Shown: positions 10,408 through 21,646, counted from the stretch's first letter. The stretch is 64,000 nucleotides of DNA from a virus (IMGVR_UViG_3300029288_000067:160067-224066), one strand, 5' to 3'. Notes: a model not told the origin generated them from the letters alone. Translations and numbers: made by a program.

Positions 10408-10495
10408 GGTTTTCCAGGAAAATTGAATCTCTTATCTACATATTAATCTTCTCAGGGGTAATACCCATCAGAATTTTGTGTAAGGTAGGATTAAA

Positions 10496-12664
10496 ATGAA
10501 AAAAGATACAAAGGTTAAACAAGTGTCAAAAGCCGTTAAAATCAAGGACTCTTCCCCCACAAGAGGCTCCTATGACTCCGTAAAGGGATTACTTCCAAAA
10601 AAAATGGAAAAAACTGCATCTATTGATAATATGGTGAAAGAGGAGTTCTTTCCTTCACATTGGAAAGACAAAAAATCGGATTCAAAGTTTGCCGCAGTTG
10701 CTTTTAAAGACCCCCGGAGTAGTGCAGCATCTTCTGCCCATTTCGGCAGTATGGAAGATTTGTCTACTTTTATGGCGGGAAACGGCATTAATGTCCATCG
10801 GGACGATTTTGACACCCTAGACCTTTTTGCCCAACACATCATCTCCCTCATCAACACGGATGTGTATTCTATTGCAAACCTGACAAAACATGAAAGATTT
10901 ATTCTTTTGCGGTATTTTTATCGCAGTAATCCTATTTTGGGTCGGGTAATCGATCTTCATACTGAAATTCCCCTCTCCAAACTTCGTCTGCAACCCCCAC
11001 AAGATTGCCCAAAGATTGTGAAAGATTACATGACGATGTTTTTCGAGAAAATATTTAATAGAATTAATTTCACGGAAGTCTTGAAAGATGTTGTATTGTT
11101 CTATCAATTGCTGGGGGAAGGTTACGCAATGGTGGATGATTACTTTGCGGAACATCCCAGAAAATTACAATCTATTGAGGATTTATCCGGAAAGAGTTTT
11201 GATTACAAGGAAGAAGATCTTAAGTTCATCGAAAAAATTGAAAAAGAGTATGAAGCGGATCCAAAGAAAGTAACCGTTGCAGACCGACAAAAATACTTTG
11301 AAAAGAAATTTTTGGGCTTTTTTACAAAGAGCTATAATGGTCCTGATCGTCTTCGTGCTTTGAAATTTTACGATATCACAGAATACTTCACAAATGAGGA
11401 AATTGGTTTTGAGGCAATTCGGCATCGTATTTCGGATGGAGTCCAAACCATTCTTCAAGATCATAATGTAGCAAGAGATTCCCGAAATGATGATGATTAT
11501 TCTGCTTTGAAGGACATGGGATATTCCAAGGGATTCATTGAGCTTTTGAAACAAAACCGAGATTCCCGGGATATTGTTGTGGATAATGATATTTATTCCG
11601 GATTGCCCTTTTTGATTCTTTTTAAGAGATTTGAAACAACCTCTTTGGCATACCGGGTTTTAGATGCTTGTCTTGCTTGGGATGCTTCTCATAAGGCAAT
11701 GAAGGCTAAAATCAAAACAATTGGACGAGTTGGACGCATTGTTAAGGCCCCTGAGTTGGGTATTGATCAATTGAATGCTTTGGTTGCCGAAGTAAAACAA
11801 ATGATCGAAGACCCAACTTATGCTGTGGTTGTGAACTATGATCTGACGTGGGAAGAAACAAATGCTTTCTTGAAAGACGAGCTAAATCAGCTTATTGAAG
11901 CTCAAGATCGTTTGAAGCAATTGATTTCTACTGGTATGGGTATTCCTGAGTCTTTGTTGTCCGGTGAATCTCAATATACTGGGGACAATATCAAAGTAGA
12001 AATTTTGAATACCCAGTACTTTGCTTTCAAAGTTAAATTTCAAAATTTGCTGGAAGATTGTTTTATGAAACCTATGGCTTTGCGAAAAGGTTTCATTGGA
12101 TTGGATGATTGGGGTAATCTCCGACTTTTCTATCCTAAACTTACTTTCAGTCTTTTGAATCTTCGCTCCTCGGAATATTTCGAGATGTTGATGAATCTTT
12201 ACAACAAAGGCTCCCTCAATATCGATGTTATTTATGATTTATTGAATTTGGACGGAGACGGCATTATTCACGCTTTGAAAGAGGATTTGTGGTCCTTGAA
12301 ATCAGATAAGATGAATGTGTTGGTTGAAGATATGCTCCATGCTGCCGCTGAAAAAATGGTGCAAGACACCGATTATGCCGATAAAATCATCGAAGCTCTT
12401 GGATTGAGCAAGAAATCTTCCGTGCAACAAGCAGAAGATGAATTGAAATCCGGAGGTGGGGCAGCGGGTGGTGGATCTTCCGGGGGAGGTATGAGTATGC
12501 CTTCCGGTGGAGGAAGTATGGATATGGGAGATTTAGGGGATATGGGGGATGAAGGTGAGGCTCCTGCAGAAGGGGAGACCCCGGACTCTCCAGAACCTGA
12601 AGTGGGGGGAGGAATTCCTTCCGAACTTCCGAAAGAAAAAATTCCCGTTCCTCCGGGACAATAG
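10496..12664 (+). CDS. portal protein (putative)
   Basis: RYFYRSNPILGRVIDLHTEIPLSKL and GMGIPESLLSGE motifs typical of large-phage portals; Gly/acidic tail; first gene of the structural block. Confidence 0.75.
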   Translation: MKKDTKVKQVSKAVKIKDSSPTRGSYDSVKGLLPKKMEKTASIDNMVKEEFFPSHWKDKKSDSKFAAVAFKDPRSSAASSAHFGSMEDLSTFMAGNGINVHRDDFDTLDLFAQHIISLINTDVYSIANLTKHERFILLRYFYRSNPILGRVIDLHTEIPLSKLRLQPPQDCPKIVKDYMTMFFEKIFNRINFTEVLKDVVLFYQLLGEGYAMVDDYFAEHPRKLQSIEDLSGKSFDYKEEDLKFIEKIEKEYEADPKKVTVADRQKYFEKKFLGFFTKSYNGPDRLRALKFYDITEYFTNEEIGFEAIRHRISDGVQTILQDHNVARDSRNDDDYSALKDMGYSKGFIELLKQNRDSRDIVVDNDIYSGLPFLILFKRFETTSLAYRVLDACLAWDASHKAMKAKIKTIGRVGRIVKAPELGIDQLNALVAEVKQMIEDPTYAVVVNYDLTWEETNAFLKDELNQLIEAQDRLKQLISTGMGIPESLLSGESQYTGDNIKVEILNTQYFAFKVKFQNLLEDCFMKPMALRKGFIGLDDWGNLRLFYPKLTFSLLNLRSSEYFEMLMNLYNKGSLNIDVIYDLLNLDGDGIIHALKEDLWSLKSDKMNVLVEDMLHAAAEKMVQDTDYADKIIEALGLSKKSSVQQAEDELKSGGGAAGGGSSGGGMSMPSGGGSMDMGDLGDMGDEGEAPAEGETPDSPEPEVGGGIPSELPKEKIPVPPGQ

Positions 12665-12667
12665 ACA

Positions 12668-13090
12668 ATGATTACAAAGTACTCCTGCATGAAACGTAGG
12701 GCAGATGTTCCGGCAAAAATGGAGCCGGTAGAGTCTGAAGGCTACAAATTTGTGCAGGAGTATTGGGATCATAAAGCAAAATACCCTATGGTGTTGGTAG
12801 ACATTGCCAAAGTAGATAAAGCGTGGTCCTTGGATAAGGATATGTATATCGGCCCCGGAGGAACAGGTAACAATATTAAAACAAGGTATCCAGATTTCCA
12901 GAATTGGTTGAGGGAGAATCCAGAAACCCCAATTATTATGCCCAATCTTGGATGGTCGGAATACGGGGAAAAAATTACTTTTGGAAATGGACGACATCGA
13001 TTTTCAGTTCTCCGAGATATGGGTGTAAAAAAGATTTGGGTAACAATCCCAAGGGAACAAATCAAGTTATTCAAAGAGAATTTTGCATGA
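12668..13090 (+). CDS. ParB/Srx-like domain protein
   Basis: FGNGRHRFSVLRDMG resembles the ParB-N DGxHR motif. Confidence 0.65.
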   Translation: MITKYSCMKRRADVPAKMEPVESEGYKFVQEYWDHKAKYPMVLVDIAKVDKAWSLDKDMYIGPGGTGNNIKTRYPDFQNWLRENPETPIIMPNLGWSEYGEKITFGNGRHRFSVLRDMGVKKIWVTIPREQIKLFKENFA

Positions 13091-13515
13091 TTAAAAAGTA
13101 TTCTTTCTTGAAAAATTCCGGCTGGGTTAAAATATTTGAGGATTGGGAATATGAACCTAGTTCTGAACTAGATGTTGCTTTTTCAGAATATGAGACAATT
13201 AGGGATTCTTACTTGGAATCTTTCATAGAAGAAAATAAGGAAGAAATTTTATTTAAGTTACAAAATAAATATGGTTTTCTTCCTTTTAAGAATTTTAAGG
13301 CTCTCGCAGTAAAAGAGAATTCATTACAGGGAAATGTAGCAAAATACTTAGTTGGTACATACTCTGAGCCCCGAATTGTAATAGATATGGCAAAACATGG
13401 TGTTAATGAATTTGAAATTAAAGCATCCCTATTACATGAGCTTTCTCATGCTATTCAAGAATCAAAAGAAGAAGACTTGAATGAAAATGACGCGGAGGAT
13501 ATAAATTATGATTAA
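13087..13515 (+). CDS. HExxH metallopeptidase-like protein
   Basis: LLHELSHAIQE; start set at the ATGA overlap (MIKKYS). Confidence 0.6.
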   Translation: MIKKYSFLKNSGWVKIFEDWEYEPSSELDVAFSEYETIRDSYLESFIEENKEEILFKLQNKYGFLPFKNFKALAVKENSLQGNVAKYLVGTYSEPRIVIDMAKHGVNEFEIKASLLHELSHAIQESKEEDLNENDAEDINYD

Positions 13516-14128
13516 AAAGTATTCAATTCTGAAAAGAAGAGCATTGCAAGAAATCCCGCAGATTGTTCGGGATGCTTTTGTTGCACTGGGAGAAGCACAA
13601 AGGGATAAACCCGAACAAGCAATGTTGAATATTCAAAATGCTGCCGGGGGAGGAGTACTTTCTGTTGTTGTAGAACACGCGGGGGATCTTATCCATCGAA
13701 TGACACATATGCTGAAATGGACCATGCGGGATAATGCGTATCGAACGGGATATGAGTACGTTGCGGATAAGGTGGGGAAAGTTCTTCGATATCTCACAAA
13801 TGAATATGGATTTGAAAGAGAAATGCAGGAAAACATTCGAAACAATGCAGTATATGCAAAAAAGGACCCCACAGCTTTTGCAGAGAGTGTTTATGCTCTT
13901 TTGGCAGAATATGCAAAAGAACACAAATTCTTGAAAGTTTACAACCGGGCACAATGGTTGGCAAGGGAAGCCTGTGTTGCGATTGGCAACAAAGACTTTA
14001 AAACGGCAAGATTTATTTTACGACAAATTGAAGAAAAATTAAAGACCCCGGAAGAATGGGATAATTTTGCATCGGAGTATCAGTTGAATCCCGATGGTTC
14101 CCCTATGGAATATCCTTGGAAAAAGTAA
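13508..14128 (+). CDS. hypothetical protein (possible internal virion protein)
   Basis: 206 aa, begins MIKKYSILKRRA. Confidence 0.7.
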   Translation: MIKKYSILKRRALQEIPQIVRDAFVALGEAQRDKPEQAMLNIQNAAGGGVLSVVVEHAGDLIHRMTHMLKWTMRDNAYRTGYEYVADKVGKVLRYLTNEYGFEREMQENIRNNAVYAKKDPTAFAESVYALLAEYAKEHKFLKVYNRAQWLAREACVAIGNKDFKTARFILRQIEEKLKTPEEWDNFASEYQLNPDGSPMEYPWKK

Positions 14129-14164
14129 TCTCGTGTTTCATTTTGTCTTTGATGGGGCTTTAAA

Positions 14165-16123
14165 ATGTCAGAAATAAAATCCTTAAATTTCCTTCCGGAA
14201 AACCTGCAAGGTGAAGAGTTTTACACTCAACTTTGTCAGGTTGTGGATTATATTCTTGACAAGTATCACACCCAAAATATAGACATTCTTCGGGCACTTT
14301 ATGACATCAAGAACTCCAATTTTGATCACGAGAGAATATTGCATCTTCTCGGGTCAGAAAATTTTGTACAATTTGATTTGTCCGAAGATCAATTTAAAAT
14401 CCTTTGTATTCTTCTTTCCAACCTTTACGAAATAAAGGGAACAAAAAAAGGATTAAGATATCTTCTCCATTTGTTGAATCTCGATGCAAATGTTTATGAG
14501 TGGTATGATATCAATAAAGCACATTCGGCGGGGGATCCTCTTTGGCCGGAGGAAGTTCCTCGATGTTCTATTGTTTTGGAATTGGTGACCGGGACACCAT
14601 TTGGTATTTGTGACCAATTTTCAAAATGGGCTATTCCAAAAACAGGAGCCCCGGAAGAAGAATTACTTCCTCCCGGAAAAGCTTTCGAAGATGTAGAAGG
14701 TAAATTTGCAGAATTTGCAAGCAAACTACTCTGGGTTTGTGTTAAATTGCATGAAATCCGATGGATGATTCGATTTGAAGAGTATGTTACCACAACATCA
14801 CAACTTACATACTCGGATGAATATGTTTTCTACTCTAAGTACTCCCCATATGTCACAAATTGTGGATATGATTCATTGCAGATTGGATTTCCGGTTTTCA
14901 ACAATTTCCCAACAATTGGAACGGCAGGAGTAAAAATTGGGGATTATCAATATTTAAGTCAACCCCTCACAATAAGAACTAATCAGGAATACACTCAGCC
15001 CATAAATTATGATGGATGGGAAAACACAGGCTTTATTGGACAAAGCACAGAAGAAATTTCTGTTCCGATAATTGGAAATGCATCGCTTGAGATTGGAAAA
15101 AACTTCTACTGGAATCCTCTCAATAGCTACCCTGTTTGGTATAAAATTGGGGAATCAAGAACCACGGGAAGCATCTCGGAAGGAACAAAACTAATCTCGG
15201 GTTGTGCCCCTTCAAAAATTGAAAGTGTATTGAGTGATATTGACTTTTCAACACAATATGCAATCAAACATGGAATTGTCATTGATCCTGAGAGATCTAT
15301 CGGGGCAGGATATATCATTGGTGAAGATCCTGGGGATATCTTAATTCATGTTGATACACTCTCTTTGGAAGATGTTCAATACACCTCTGAAACAAATTTG
15401 CAATATGTGGAATCCGAATTGTATTCCAATATTTCAGATTTATACACTCACTGGAAAATTGGGGATGCTCAATTGCTTGTTGGTGATGTGAACATTCGCA
15501 TTGGAATTGATTATTTTGTTGAAGATTTGCAGATTTATGAATCTGATACATTACAAGAGACTTTTTATACCTCTTGCCGACAAATTGGGAATTGGGGTTA
15601 TGCAGGATCTGGTTCTATTGGAATTCCTTCAGTAATTGGTACTTCTGTTGTTATTGGTGGTCCATATACTCTTGGTGTTGGGCAAGTTATTGGGGCAGGC
15701 TACAATTATATTGGGGATTGTGCTCCATACGACGCTCAAAACATTGCACAAAATCAAAACTTAATTGTGGATCATCTTGTTGAAATCCTCCCCGTGCATG
15801 AAATTGAAGAAAATGTTGCAATAGTAGAAAATACTGAAGCAATTTCCCAGTATGATGCTTCCGAGTCTTTCTTGATGAATACTTTCCAATATCTTATTGG
15901 AGCGGGGTGGTATATTGGTACTTCTGGGGCAACAATTGGAAATACAGATCCACCTCAATTATTGTTGATTGAAACCGGGGAAGTCTTTTTATCAAATCCT
16001 GAAGACGGTGTAAATCCCGCATATTTTACGTTGAATGAGACTGGAACATATGAATATGATCCACTCATGAACCCTTACAATATTATTTCCTCTACATTTA
16101 ATTTCACAATAGAAGAGGATTAA
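14165..16123 (+). CDS. baseplate wedge/tail protein (gpI-like N-terminus)
   Basis: LYEIKGTKKGLRYLL...VYEWY motif; many IG micro-repeats. Confidence 0.7.
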   Translation: MSEIKSLNFLPENLQGEEFYTQLCQVVDYILDKYHTQNIDILRALYDIKNSNFDHERILHLLGSENFVQFDLSEDQFKILCILLSNLYEIKGTKKGLRYLLHLLNLDANVYEWYDINKAHSAGDPLWPEEVPRCSIVLELVTGTPFGICDQFSKWAIPKTGAPEEELLPPGKAFEDVEGKFAEFASKLLWVCVKLHEIRWMIRFEEYVTTTSQLTYSDEYVFYSKYSPYVTNCGYDSLQIGFPVFNNFPTIGTAGVKIGDYQYLSQPLTIRTNQEYTQPINYDGWENTGFIGQSTEEISVPIIGNASLEIGKNFYWNPLNSYPVWYKIGESRTTGSISEGTKLISGCAPSKIESVLSDIDFSTQYAIKHGIVIDPERSIGAGYIIGEDPGDILIHVDTLSLEDVQYTSETNLQYVESELYSNISDLYTHWKIGDAQLLVGDVNIRIGIDYFVEDLQIYESDTLQETFYTSCRQIGNWGYAGSGSIGIPSVIGTSVVIGGPYTLGVGQVIGAGYNYIGDCAPYDAQNIAQNQNLIVDHLVEILPVHEIEENVAIVENTEAISQYDASESFLMNTFQYLIGAGWYIGTSGATIGNTDPPQLLLIETGEVFLSNPEDGVNPAYFTLNETGTYEYDPLMNPYNIISSTFNFTIEED

Positions 16124-16223
16124 AAATCTTTCGGATACTTTTTTAAAATCCCTTCGAAAGAACTTTTAATTTATTGATATCTTACAATCTATGTAGATTG
16201 CTATTTTTTTGAAGGGGTAACAT

Positions 16224-16781
16224 ATGAGTTCCAATAACCTCAGAGACAAAGTAAGTTCTCGAAATGACCTTACCTTGTCGGAAGTTCACTCTATTGACGA
16301 TAAAATCTTGGTTCGAGGCTCTGTAAAATGTTTTGTGGAAGAAAATGGGGTTGTTACACTTCACCACGAAAAACACAATTTAATTGTTAATGGGGCAAGA
16401 AAAGCTCTTGCACATCTTATCGGGGAAGCTCTTACTGCTTACCGAGTGGATATGTTTAAATTGGGTACTGGTGGACATTTACCCGGGGATATTTTAACCC
16501 CGGTATCTCCAACCATTACGGATACGGACTTAGAAGAACCATTTTTCTCCAAAGCATTAGATCATGGTTCCGATGTATACAATCCTGCTTCTCCAAATGA
16601 AACCTCTATTACTTTTACTGTTGCTATTGAAAAGTATGAAGGAAATGGAACAGGTATTGTTCCTTATACCGAAGCGGGATTGGTAACACAAAATGGAACA
16701 CTTTTCGCCCGAGAAACTTTTCCGGCAATTGTTAAAAACTCTTCCAGAAAAGTTACTTTTCAATGGTCCATTTTGTTCTAA
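16224..16781 (+). CDS. baseplate/tail-fibre attachment protein
   Basis: HNLIVNG..., TEAGL...LFARETFPAIVKN...FQWSILF. Confidence 0.75.
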   Translation: MSSNNLRDKVSSRNDLTLSEVHSIDDKILVRGSVKCFVEENGVVTLHHEKHNLIVNGARKALAHLIGEALTAYRVDMFKLGTGGHLPGDILTPVSPTITDTDLEEPFFSKALDHGSDVYNPASPNETSITFTVAIEKYEGNGTGIVPYTEAGLVTQNGTLFARETFPAIVKNSSRKVTFQWSILF

Positions 16782-16839
16782 GCACTCTTAAGTAAGTGAT
16801 AAATCTCAATTTTTGAGGAAACAATAAAAGGAGTCTCGA

Positions 16840-19800
16840 ATGCCTACAAATCTTCCTTTCGAAAATATTACTTGGTTGCAAAACGGAGAGCCCATTTCTG
16901 GTGGGGTTTCTGGAAATAGCGACGGAGTTCTTAACAGACCTCTTGTACAGTTGCACGACAATGTGGATGAAGTAAGAGATAATCTCGATGCAACCACAGC
17001 AGAAGTTGTTGCCGCAAGAGACGGTGAAGCTACTTTGTTGAACAAAATCAACTCTTTGGAAGATTTGATTAATGCTCTCGGGGTTTCTGCAACAGCAATG
17101 AATTCGGAATCTGTTGCAAAAATTAACAGAGATAAATTTCCTTCTGGTTTCAATATTGATGTTCTCAAAGAATCTCTTGAACTTCAGGAAGTAAATGCAG
17201 CTTCCATTATGGGTTCTGGAACCAATATTCCTCGTAACCTTATCACTTCTGGTCTAGGGTTTCCCCGCATTGCTGGTATCTCCACTGCGGATTCCAACAA
17301 AGCTTATTACATGGGTTCTCCGAAGCCTCTTTATGCTCACGGTCACCCCATTAAATTAGAAGCTCGACCGGAATACGGTGCTTCTCTTGTTATTGCTCAC
17401 CCCACCGCTCCTTCTACGGGAACTCGCCAAGAAATGGCTTTTGTAGAAATCTGGAAAGAAGAAATCAAACTTGGTGTTGCGGATTCTGTTGCTTTCCCTT
17501 ACGGCAATGTGAATTTCGAAAACACAAAAACGGGAACTTATGACACCTGCACACTCCTCAACACAAATGCAAGTGGTGGAAATTATCCTGCTTATCTTGC
17601 TGCTTCTGGAACTCATGGCTTTTATGTAAAAACGGACGATGCAAATTTCCTTGAATTTGCTAAAAACCCTGAAAACAACATCATCATCGATGGAGATAAG
17701 ATTTATCAGTTGCTTTTCCGTGTTCGTGTTGTCACCGCAGCTCCTACTTCACGTCATCCCTGGATGGATACTACCATCAAAGCTCAAGGTAAATTGGCTT
17801 CTGCTTCCGCTATTGCCTTCAATCCAAATGCTGATGATGTAGGGGAATCTTTTGCTTCTGATGCTTCTCTTGCATCCGATGGAAAAGTATACGCTTATCC
17901 TCTTTACATTGCTCATCGCCGCAACTCAACTGTTTGGTCTTATGCGAACCCCAACGGTGCCGGTTCTATTTCCTCTGGGGTGTCTGGAAGACCTGATGGA
18001 AAATTCTACGATCAGATTAGCATCGATGATGTTCTTGATCTTCGCTGCCACATCTCTTTGAACAATCAACACGATGTCAAAGATATCTACGAAAGAACTC
18101 TCAACAAGATTCTCTCTTGCAACCTGAAGACCTCTTGGGAGGGTTTGAATTCTGATTCTGATGGCAATGAAACATACAAAGCTCTCGATATTCACGCCAC
18201 CAAATTACTCCGTGCAGAAGGTGTTTGTGGAACAGATACTTTCGATGCTTCCGATGAAGTTATCTGGGCAAAGAAAGCCTCCAATGGAATCTCTGCGGAA
18301 TTCGATGGTTTCCGCAGTTATTTCTCTGATATCGGTGGAGATCAAACTGTTACTGGTTTGATTTCAAATGCAGGAGTTGACGGAGTTAATCCTACCAATA
18401 TCTTCACTTATGTTGCTTCCTCTCGCACTTTGACAATTGATGCAACAGATTTGAAGTCCAATGCAGGATTGGCTCAGACTGCTCGTACCAAAGTCTCTAT
18501 TCGCAGACCTCATCTTGTTTGGTCAGCGAAAAGATCCGGTGCTGCATCCACTGAAAATGCTCCTATGGTCGCGGGAACTTGGTCCGGTTTGGGTGGAGAT
18601 TCAGCCAGTTTTGTTGCAGATAACACTTCTACTGTTTCTATTGGCGATACTTGGGATCTTTCGACTTTAGTGGTGGGTGCTGTTTATACATCCCCCAACG
18701 GGGTTTCTTGCACTGCCTTAGAAAGACAAGCCCAAAACACAGCTTATTTTGCAGATTTTTCATTTTCAGGATCTACGGTCCCGACTGTTCTAGGTACGTG
18801 GACCAAAGTTTCTGGAACTGGTCCTTCCACATTTGTTGGAACGGGTACTGCGTCTTTAACACTGGGCTACTATCGCAATTTAAATAACACTCTTATTTAC
18901 ATCGGCGAAGGTGCAAACCTCCACTCCGGTCACGGCATCCATGTAAATGCCTACTTCACATTCCAGTCCGGTTCTGGTTTTATTGCCCGTGTTCCTTACC
19001 AGAATGAACAGTCTATCAAAGCTACTCATTACAAGGTGCAGGTTGGTGGGGTTCCTACGAATATTCTCCCCAACAATGGTGTTGGTTTCATTCCATTTGG
19101 TAACACGGTTGATCCGGTGAATGATGGTAATGTGGCTCAGGACACGCACACAAAATCAACCTCGATGATGGGTTTTGTTTACAAAGATCCAGTTATGGGC
19201 AAGAGCAATCCCAAAGTTCCCGATTTTGTGGGAGCGAGAGAAGGTGCTTTTCTCAAATTCGGGACTAATGATTATCGTGGATGGTACGGTGCATATGATG
19301 GGGATAAATACATTTTGGTTTATGCAACCTCCACAGATGGTATTTCCTGGACAAAGGATTACAACAAAACTCTTTCCGGAGGTAAGATGGCTGATGGATT
19401 GGATGCTCTTGAAATCTCCTCCCCCTGTGTGTTACTCGATGGTTCAACATACAAGATGTGGGCTACCATCGTGGACTCTTCTTCTATCTATCACATCGCC
19501 TATCTTGAATCCACGGATTTTATTAACTGGTCAATTCCTATTCTTTCTCTCACCGGGGGAAATCTGGCACCTTATGATTCTTACATGTGTGACAGACCTT
19601 CAGTAATCAAAGATGGAGATTTGTTCAAAGTCCTTTATGCAGTTCTTGATTCAGGTAATGGTAGTTATCGAACTATGTATGCAGAATCAACCAATGGTGT
19701 CTCTTGGACAAATTTTAGAATCGCCTTTGATATCACTGCCGGGGGAGCATATTCAACAAAGCATCTTTATAACCCCTGTTGGATGAAAGATGGTTTAACT

Positions 19801-21603
19801 TACAAAGCGTGGTTGTCTGCATATGATAGCACCAATGTCCGTATTTTGTACTCCACATCATCAGACACGATTACTTGGACTACCCCTGTTCTTGTTATTG
19901 ATAAAGGCTTAATTAGTGCCGCTGTTGATGGAACATATGCATATAAGCCTTGTGTAATTCTTGATGGATCTACCTACAAAATTTGGTATTCTGTATCTGG
20001 GACTCAAGCTGTTGCAAGAACAGCTTACTCTACCTCCTCGAATGGTACCACATGGTTAACTCCCATTATTTCGATTAATATAGGTGGAGAGGTCAATGGG
20101 TATCAGGGTGGATCCTCTTATACTCCATCAGTTATTAACGACGCGGGAACATACAAGATGTGGTTTACCGGGTATGGTACTGATAACAAAGGGAGAATCT
20201 TGTATTCAACATCTTCTGACTGTATCACATGGTCTACTCCTGTTCTTGCTTTGAATGCGGGAAATGAACCTAATGGTTACGACAGTCAACGTGCTGAAGC
20301 CCCCTCTGTTATCAAAGATGGACTCACATATAAAATGTGGTATTCCGGTTATAACAACAGCAATACAAGAACTTTGTATACCACGTCTTCAGATGGTATC
20401 ACATGGGCAACTCCAGTTCTTGTTATGAACATTGGAACCGAACCTAACGGGTACAATACACACAACAACTTCTCGCAGACTGTTATCAAAGATGGCTCCA
20501 CATATAAATTGTGGTTTGCTGGTGCTAATGCATCGGTATATCGAATTCTGTATTCTACCTCTTCAGATGGTTTAACATGGTCAACTCCTGTTCTGGCCTT
20601 GAATGCAGGAATTGATCCCCATGGCTATACAGCAACGTATTCATATCTTCCCCATGTAATTAAGGATGGCTCAGTATATCGAATGTGGGTTGTTGGTGTG
20701 GCTAATTCTCGCACCCGAATTCTTCAATCAATCTCCTTGGACGGGATTAACTGGTCTTCAACAAGTTTGGTTGTAGACTTTAGTTCTCTTCTTGGATTTT
20801 CTCCTGCCCAAACGTATACCCCATTTGTTATTAAAGACGGAGTTTCCTATAGAATGTGGTTCTCTATGAGCATTGGCGGGTATTCTAAAACATTCTATGC
20901 AACCCTTGCCCTCACGGATGCCTCCAATGTAGGTTCTTCTACGACAGGGGTTTACACAACACCCGGCCCGATCAACTGCTGTCCTCCCGCAGATTCTCAG
21001 GTTGTTATGTTTTACGAGGCGAATGCAGAACAATATCCACATTCTGAAGTGTCTGGAAAATCCTTTAAGGTTTATCCCGCTCTTGATATTGATAAACTTT
21101 ATGTTACCAATTACAGCACAAGTGCGTCGGTGGATTCTACAGTTACTCAAAGAGACGTGTATGCCACATTGTTTCCTGCATATTCTGCAATTCTTCCGTA
21201 TTCTGTTAAATCTTACCTGTCTCTCAACTTAGGAAATTGGGCATATGGTGATGCAATTGTTACAGGGTCTGCACCAGAAGATTACAATACCAGATTTACA
21301 CATGTCCCGCTTGTTTCTGGAAATACTTCTTCTTTGATAGATCCAAAGACAATCTCAGTTTCCTCAACAGTCTATTCATATAGTGCTGGAACGGCATCTG
21401 TGCCTGTTTTGGAATATTATCTCACAAATAACCGGTTTGTAACTCTTGCTAAGTATGAACAAGAACATCTTCTTTTGGGTTTCTGGTTACAAAGATGGAA
21501 TAATTCATACGTGGTAGCATTTCAGACCGGAATGACAGGTAATCGAGGGGCCACAACTCATATTAAACCTCTCCTTCCTCTCGGTCGTCCTATCGTGAAG
21601 TAA
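16840..21603 (+). CDS. large tail fibre/spike with glycoside-hydrolase-like beta-propeller repeats
   Basis: N-terminal GVLNRP fibre anchor; about 9 blades of PSVIKDGxxYKMWY...RILYSTSSDGITW. Confidence 0.8.
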   Translation: MPTNLPFENITWLQNGEPISGGVSGNSDGVLNRPLVQLHDNVDEVRDNLDATTAEVVAARDGEATLLNKINSLEDLINALGVSATAMNSESVAKINRDKFPSGFNIDVLKESLELQEVNAASIMGSGTNIPRNLITSGLGFPRIAGISTADSNKAYYMGSPKPLYAHGHPIKLEARPEYGASLVIAHPTAPSTGTRQEMAFVEIWKEEIKLGVADSVAFPYGNVNFENTKTGTYDTCTLLNTNASGGNYPAYLAASGTHGFYVKTDDANFLEFAKNPENNIIIDGDKIYQLLFRVRVVTAAPTSRHPWMDTTIKAQGKLASASAIAFNPNADDVGESFASDASLASDGKVYAYPLYIAHRRNSTVWSYANPNGAGSISSGVSGRPDGKFYDQISIDDVLDLRCHISLNNQHDVKDIYERTLNKILSCNLKTSWEGLNSDSDGNETYKALDIHATKLLRAEGVCGTDTFDASDEVIWAKKASNGISAEFDGFRSYFSDIGGDQTVTGLISNAGVDGVNPTNIFTYVASSRTLTIDATDLKSNAGLAQTARTKVSIRRPHLVWSAKRSGAASTENAPMVAGTWSGLGGDSASFVADNTSTVSIGDTWDLSTLVVGAVYTSPNGVSCTALERQAQNTAYFADFSFSGSTVPTVLGTWTKVSGTGPSTFVGTGTASLTLGYYRNLNNTLIYIGEGANLHSGHGIHVNAYFTFQSGSGFIARVPYQNEQSIKATHYKVQVGGVPTNILPNNGVGFIPFGNTVDPVNDGNVAQDTHTKSTSMMGFVYKDPVMGKSNPKVPDFVGAREGAFLKFGTNDYRGWYGAYDGDKYILVYATSTDGISWTKDYNKTLSGGKMADGLDALEISSPCVLLDGSTYKMWATIVDSSSIYHIAYLESTDFINWSIPILSLTGGNLAPYDSYMCDRPSVIKDGDLFKVLYAVLDSGNGSYRTMYAESTNGVSWTNFRIAFDITAGGAYSTKHLYNPCWMKDGLTYKAWLSAYDSTNVRILYSTSSDTITWTTPVLVIDKGLISAAVDGTYAYKPCVILDGSTYKIWYSVSGTQAVARTAYSTSSNGTTWLTPIISINIGGEVNGYQGGSSYTPSVINDAGTYKMWFTGYGTDNKGRILYSTSSDCITWSTPVLALNAGNEPNGYDSQRAEAPSVIKDGLTYKMWYSGYNNSNTRTLYTTSSDGITWATPVLVMNIGTEPNGYNTHNNFSQTVIKDGSTYKLWFAGANASVYRILYSTSSDGLTWSTPVLALNAGIDPHGYTATYSYLPHVIKDGSVYRMWVVGVANSRTRILQSISLDGINWSSTSLVVDFSSLLGFSPAQTYTPFVIKDGVSYRMWFSMSIGGYSKTFYATLALTDASNVGSSTTGVYTTPGPINCCPPADSQVVMFYEANAEQYPHSEVSGKSFKVYPALDIDKLYVTNYSTSASVDSTVTQRDVYATLFPAYSAILPYSVKSYLSLNLGNWAYGDAIVTGSAPEDYNTRFTHVPLVSGNTSSLIDPKTISVSSTVYSYSAGTASVPVLEYYLTNNRFVTLAKYEQEHLLLGFWLQRWNNSYVVAFQTGMTGNRGATTHIKPLLPLGRPIVK

Positions 21604-21616
21604 AAGTAACAGACTT

Positions 21617-21646
21617 CCCTCGGGTAGCTTAAAAACTACCCGAGGG
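21617..21646 (+). terminator. hairpin after tail spike gene
   Basis: CCCTCGGGTAG/CTACCCGAGGG. Confidence 0.55.
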
